Position numbers and translations under genes: made by a program | The notes under the pieces: generated by a model | Told to the model about the DNA's origin: nothing | The model's database searches: none | What the model saw: the letters and a program-made list of their open reading frames with translations, nothing else | Shown here: positions 57,701-64,000 of the stretch, one piece after another | How positions within the stretch are numbered: position 1 is the first letter of the stretch | Layout: the number at the start of each line of letters is the position of its first letter | NCBI GenBank assembly: GCA_030526175.1 | Contig: JAUNDJ010000001.1 | Location: 33,365-97,364 of the forward strand | Reading direction: 5' to 3' | Length of the DNA stretch: 64,000 nucleotides | Source: Bacillota bacterium | GTDB lineage: Bacteria > Bacillota_I > Bacilli_A > Erysipelotrichales > Erysipelotrichaceae

Positions 57701-60700
57701 AAAGATAATTTGACCCAATTATTTGCTAGCCCGTCAGCATTATTTACGTACGAAGTCGACGACAATACTGGAGAAGTAGTCCCTTCAGATTCAACTATAC
57801 AACCTGTAGATCGAGTAAATAAAGCTAAAGCATTTAGAAATCAACTTAGAGATAATTTTATTTCTAAATATTTCGAATTATTTAATATTACTAGAGATGC
57901 TGATTTACAAGTAGCATTGAAGTACATGTGGATCCATGACAAAGATTCATCCAATTTAACAGGAACTTTAGATTTTAATGATGATGCTGTAATTGGTAAG
58001 ATTCTTAAAGAAGAGAGCGTTCGATTGACCAAAGGAAAAAAACGTATGAACTCTGGTCCAGCTACTTATTCTTCATGGGCTCAAGGAAAAACATTTGGGG
58101 TTCCAGCTAAATTTAGAATTGCAACTATAGAACATGCACAATTAAATTCTTTCAATCATTTTGGTAATGAAGAATTATTAAATACTCATGATGGTGCAAT
58201 TTTATCTTCAGGAGTTACACGTACTTTAGAACGTGGTAGTTATCCTGGACATCAAGTAGCAAGTTCATTGAAAATAATTGCAATTAATCAGTAGGCTGCC
58301 GCACAAGAACAAATTAAGTGCGCTGACTATGAGATTAATAATGCATGGATTCGTCGATCAATGGATCACGCTTATAGACAAAATGCTGAAGATATGGATG
58401 GAGAAATACTTTTAAAATCCATGTTATCTCCAGCTGTATTGACTCAAAGCTTTATAAGTAATTGGGCTAAATCTGGATTTAGTTTAGGAGAAAGACGCTT
58501 GTTCTTGACATTAGGCGGAAAGCAATCCACCCTTCAAATTTCTGGAGACGAAAATCAAGTTGTTCTTTCTTTTGTTGATGGAAATGGAAGAAACGTTCAA
58601 GATCCTATTTACTTAGTTCCTGGACAATCTACTTTATTTGATTTGTGGAAAGGCTTGGGTGCACAATATGTAAAAGAAGAAACTGAAAATGGAAATCTTG
58701 ATTATTCAGATGCTTCACAAGAATTATGTGCATTTCTTATGTCTAAATTTGATCCATCGTTGAAGAATAAAATGATTGCAAAACTCATTGACGAGGAAGC
58801 ATCAAAATCTTCTCAAGGGCCTAAGAATTCTAAAGAAGATCTTTTATCTGGAAATCCATTAGCATATACATATCTCGATACTTCTTGCTACGGAATTCAA
58901 CAAGATTATAGTCACCATGCTGACGATTCAAATATTCCTGCTCTTTCTCAGGTAATCACTGCAATTGCATTTAATGGAGAGAATGTTCAGCTTGTATAGC
59001 AAACTTATAATATTTTAGCGTCAATTACGAAAAAAGCATTATCTAAGTTTGTTGATAAATGGGATAAGGATGATAAAACTGAGTTTCAAGAATTAATGGG
59101 CCGAGAATTACTTTAGGCTCTTAAATCTAATTCCCTTTCTAGTAACGCAGAAATTCTTGTAAAAGATGCATTAGAACATCTGGATAGATTAAAAACTCTT
59201 CCATTCAGTAACCAGCAATTATTCTATTTAGCTACTTCTACATTAGCTGTAAATTTGAATTAGAATACCATTCGTCAAAAGTTTAAAGGTATTGCTGTTG
59301 TGCAAAATCCTGCTAATGGCATCGTTGGTGTATATCAAGGAAGTGATGGAATTGTTTATGATGCTACTACTATTGTCGAGTTAGCTAACGATTGGTATCT
59401 TAATCAAGGATTCCCAGAAACTACAATTACTCAACGAGACATTATTAACATGTTCTTGTAGTCTGATCCTCGATTTGCTCCAAAGGCAATAACTCATTTC
59501 AATGAATTAGGAATTGGAGAATATGTAAGTATTAGTTCATCTCAAGTTGAGACTCTTTTTAATCAACTTAAAAAGACTCCATTCAATAAAGATGGAAGTG
59601 CATACGACTGGGCTACTAAGAAAAAATTAATAACATCAGATGGAACCAATACCACTGTTTATATAGAAAATCCATTTATCTTAAACGCTTTATTCCAGGC
59701 TTATAAGAATTCGCCTGCTGCGATTATTAAGAGACATGATATTCAAAGAGATCTTTCTACAACTAAAATACTTTGGGATTCTGCTACAAGCAGTTCAGGT
59801 AAGTCTGTTAAAGATGGAGGTAACTTTTGGTTACTCGAATCAACTCGTCAAGCTATCGCAACTAGAGGTCAAAATGTAGAAGTTTTACGTTGGCATCAAC
59901 AGAATTTACGAGGGCTTCGTGATGGTGATGAGAATGGTAAGTTCTATTATGCTACTCTTAAAGATTTTAAAGCAAAAACTAATAAAGTCTATGTATCTGG
60001 ATTAGTAAGTTTAGGCGGAGAAGAAATTTTACCTAAGCAATATAAATCAGCAATGATGCTAAAAGATTCAATGGCAATCATTGAATCGAAAGGTTATAGT
60101 TATTTTTATGACCTCGTCGACAGTAGATATAAATTAGATTGTGATTTAAATGATTATGGATCTAATGCTGTTGGAATTTCTAGTCAATATTACGATGTAG
60201 TTATTACTACAGAATCATTTGATACAGATTCTAATTTATTAGTAAATTCAGATGGCACTGTTACAGATCAGTATGGACAAGAAATCGAAGGACTTCAAGT
60301 CCGTCAAGGTGATCAAGTAGAAATAAAAGAAAATCCAAATGGAGGAAAGCCTACTATTGTCATACATAGTAGAAAAGTAACTGATTTAGATAGACGAAAT
60401 ATTAAAGGTTATTTTAGTCACGGATTTGCTAATGCCTTTTATACAAATAGTTCGGATGTTAGATTTAGAAGTATTGTATATTCTTTAAATAATGCTTTGA
60501 CTATTATTAGAGATGCAGATAATAATGCAATTGATGTAGATTTCGATAGCTCTAAAGAAAGAATTGCTAAAGATACTTATTCTTCTTGGCTTCTAACTAG
60601 AGAAACAGTTTCTGCTCGTATTCCTTCTCAAGCATATCAATCATTCTTGCCTAATAGAACTGTTGGATATACTGAAGACGATAGTAATAATGGCTATATG

Positions 60701-63700
60701 AATATTTGGGAAATGTGGTTCCAAGGATCTGACTACGATATCGATAAAGCATATACTATGATGTATGCCTTAGATAAAAGCGGTCGAGTTGCTGGAAATG
60801 CATTAACTTCTTACGAATCTCCTCAATATATTAGTGAATCGTTTAGACTTCCTGCACCTAATGGAAATGTTCATTATTTAAATCTTGATAATTTTGATCC
60901 AGATCTTCATATAGATATTGAAGATTTAGCTAGATTCTATATATCTCAAATTATTAAACGATCTAATATTTCAGGATTAGAAACATTAACTGATTTAGAT
61001 TCTTGGTCTATTGATGAATGGAACAAAATTGAGGAAGTTATTAATAGTCTTGTTCCTGAATCAAAATATAATTTATTAGAAGCTGTAATTAACGGTATTC
61101 AAGAATATACTGATAGAGAAGTTGTATATACTGAAAAAGCTAAAGAACTTCCTCCATTGGTTAATAAACTTGTAAATTATATTCAAGGTCATGAAAGTAA
61201 AGAAGCTCTTCAAAATCGTGTAATGTATGCAATTCGTAAAGCTGCAAGCGATTTAGCTAATTTAAAAGCTGGAGAGATTCCGATGTCTATGGATCCTGCT
61301 ATTAGAGTAATTGATAAACATTTTTATTTAAAAGGTGTAACTGATGGACTCTCTCAAATTGTTCAATCTATATAGAACAAATCAGAGAATCCTGAAGCAT
61401 ATGCTCAAGCTGTACAAGATTTTAGTACTAAAACTGATGCATTACTTAAAGCACTTCAAAGAAGTTCAAATTCAGATATTAGAGCATTAGCTGCTAGATC
61501 AATCGACTTGCAATCTAATCAGTTTGATTACGAACGATTTATCAATAATGCATATTCCTTAAATACTGAAAGCGCTGAAGAGTTACAAAGTATCTTCTCT
61601 GAAGTATTTCCTGAAATTGAAAATTCAGTGGATGGTTATAACGATTTGAATCCGTATACTCTTTGGAAAATTCAAAAAGAAAATGCAGTAGGTAAAACTA
61701 ATGTAGGTATTGCTGCTAACGCAATCAAAGCTGCTGGATCTTTACAACAATACATTAATGTAATTAATGAAAATCTTACTGAACAAGATTTGATTGAGCC
61801 TAATCCATCAGATCCGAATTCATATAAGAAACCTTGTAGAAAAATAGATATTGATTTAGAATTTAATACAAAGGTAAATATTGTTAGAAACGGTCAGGTT
61901 ATTTCATATGATAGACCTATCTGTAAAGAACATATCTTTACTTTAGCTAATACTAAAATAGATTATGATAAATTCAAATTGAGATTTAACTATTCTATTG
62001 GTGCAAATCACACAACACATCCTTTATGGAATGCGTTTAAAAATCCTGCAATAAATTTAGCTAAAGACTCTAGTAAAGAAATTAAGTTTAAAAAAGCGTT
62101 AGCTATTGGATCTCAAGAACTAGTAAGTGCCGGAGGTTCTGCTCATATCAGTGACGCAGATGAGAGAGAACGATTTATTCAAGCATTATATTATTATCAT
62201 CAAAATTTTGAAGATAATGTAGCTGACACAATAAGTATGTTTATCTCTCTAGCAACTGATAATGCTAAAACATTACGTTTAAGTAGAATGTATGGTAGAC
62301 CAGAACTTCTATCAATACCTTTAACAATGATTACTCTAGGTATGGATTTGGATTCTGTAGTAGATATTTGTGATAATTTGTTATCTATTATTTCAGACGA
62401 TTTGGATAGAAACAGATTAACTTTATCAGAATATGCTTCTACAGATATTCTTGAAATTCTAAAACAACATGAATCAGAATTAGTAAGTATTGACGGAGGT
62501 AAAACGTACAAATCTTTACAAAAAGTAATTGCTATAGCACAGGAGTTTAGAGCATTGACTAGCTTCTTTAAAGTTAATCAAGGTGTTTCTACTAAATATA
62601 CTGAATTAGCTCAATTCTTACATGGATTGTCAGAACAGAAAATTAAAGCCGCAAAAGCTAAAAATAAGACAAGAGAAATTTTAGGAACTGGAACTGATCA
62701 GCAAGTTACTTTAAACTATACTGATAAAATTCCATTCATAAAATTATTCTCAAAAGATTCCACTGTTCGCGATAATGTAACCATGTAGTACGAAAGATTA
62801 AAGACTGGATTTAATGTCATAGATATTGTTTTAAATACTCCTCATTTTAATTCTCAACTTGAGAGTATTGCAAAAACTGTAGATATTATCGAACATCTTT
62901 CTGGTGTAAGTTATTTAGCTTCTCAATATATTCATGAAGCGGAAATTTCAAAAACACTAGGATCTGCCGATACGAGTCAAGTTGTTACATTACCAAATGG
63001 TAAATCTGCAGAAATTACTTTCAATAATAGATTGATTAAACTTATTAATCAATATATGATCGAAATTGGTTTACAGAATATGACTGAATATTCTTTCACC
63101 AAAGATTCTGCTGAAAATTTATTTGGTCAATGGACATCATCAGATTTAGCCGGCAATGCCATATTAGGTATTTATGATGAACGTCATACTTCGAATTTCT
63201 TAAATTTCTTTGATCAAGTATTTATTCCTTATATGTAGAAAAGATTCGGTAATAATTTCTTTGTTCAAAACTTGAAACTTAATACCGATACAACTACTGG
63301 AAAAACTTATTATGATCTAGGATTTAATTCTTATGATGCATCACGAGATAAACATATTGCTGAGAATATTAATTTAGCACAAATAGCATTTAACCAATTT
63401 GCTGATATTCCATCCGGGTTAAAAACTACTACGGGTGATGATATTACATTTGGAGATTTATTCTATATGTATAACGTAGTTACTTCCAGAAATGCAATTA
63501 AAGGAAGTACAACTTGTATATATGAATATGCTAGTAAACATACTAATTCTAATGGCAAAGCAATTACTTCTTATATCGATGACGTATTTAATGAATTTGA
63601 TAGAAATGCTCAAGAAGCTCAAGTTGAAGAAATCAACGGAGAGCAAATTCCAAATGCGGCATATGAAAAGTTGCAAAAGCATAAGCAATTATTATTGCCT

Positions 63701-64000
63701 TATGTAATGGCTCTTTCTAAAAAGAATTCTAGATATGAAGATAGAAATGGTCGAGTATTTGACTTAAAGAAAAACTTTATAGCTACTCAAGATAAAGGAA
63801 GATTACTTACTGATACTACTCCAGAAGCAATTAGAGATAGATTACAATCGATGCTTAAATTAGGCTCAGTTCAAGTTACGGCTGAATATAATCAAGGAAC
63901 TGGGGAGTTAGAAAATATTAAAGTTGAATATACTGAAAGTGGAAATTCACCTATAGTATCTAATTATCCTGTACACGATGGATCACTCAATACTTCTGGT
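54794..64000 (+). CDS. Virion-packaged DNA-dependent RNA polymerase, crAss-type (3'-truncated, >3000 aa, 9 TAGs)
   Basis: One frame to the window end. Catalytic GSDYDIDK (60725-60748) is preceded by ARIPSQAYQS; also THDGAI, GKTNVGIAAN and LATDNAK. Confidence 0.88.

Noticed and set aside
58999-60053. 1-kb ORF-track gap in the RNAP as an intron or mobile insertion
   Set aside because: Manual translation shows the frame is continuous, with only TAGs (59114, 59261, 59459).
939-63238. Special sequence context before TAG codons (often preceded by T)
   Set aside because: Consistent with the general third-position T bias; I saw no common read-through signal.
349-63688. Minus-strand and alternate-frame ORFs in the track (e.g. 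8098-8571, 20852-21562, 23825-24502, 51928-52401)
   Set aside because: They are shadows of codon-biased or low-complexity + strand genes, have no recognisable motifs, and overlap better-supported genes.
1-64000. Fragmented ORFs as pseudogenes, a decayed prophage or sequencing errors
   Set aside because: Interruptions are TAG only and preserve the frame. Decay or errors would also produce TAA/TGA and frameshifts.

Overview
This window is the late (virion-structure) region of a crAss-like phage (Crassvirales, Bacteroidota host inferred). All genes are on the + strand, and TAG is reassigned from stop to a sense codon, most likely Gln (code 15). The supplied standard-code ORF track is fragmented: reading through about 75 in-frame TAGs (manual count) merges the fragments into about 35 genes ending in TAA/TGA. 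Gene order: portal C-terminus; small structural genes; a 12.5-kb TAG-free fibre cassette; a hidden holin-like gene; a peptidase-G2-type spike; HTH and membrane proteins; scaffold-like protein; major capsid protein; ring and auxiliary proteins; two IHF-like genes; muzzle/tail-stabilisation genes; cargo proteins; a 3,074-aa cargo protein with an SF1 helicase domain; and a virion RNA polymerase (GSDYDIDK) running off the window end. The most novel candidates are: (1) a possible virion post-translational decoration system (two GT2 glycosyltransferases plus a CotH-family kinase beside Thr/Ser-rich fibres) in the TAG-free island; (2) a fibre whose outbound and return repeats have mirror-image spacing; (3) a holin-like gene with 3 TAGs, the first inside a 15-bp hairpin; (4) a recurring K/R-x-Q/K-x-GG motif on the cargo proteins. 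All assignments come from manual translation and motif recognition; no database search was run.
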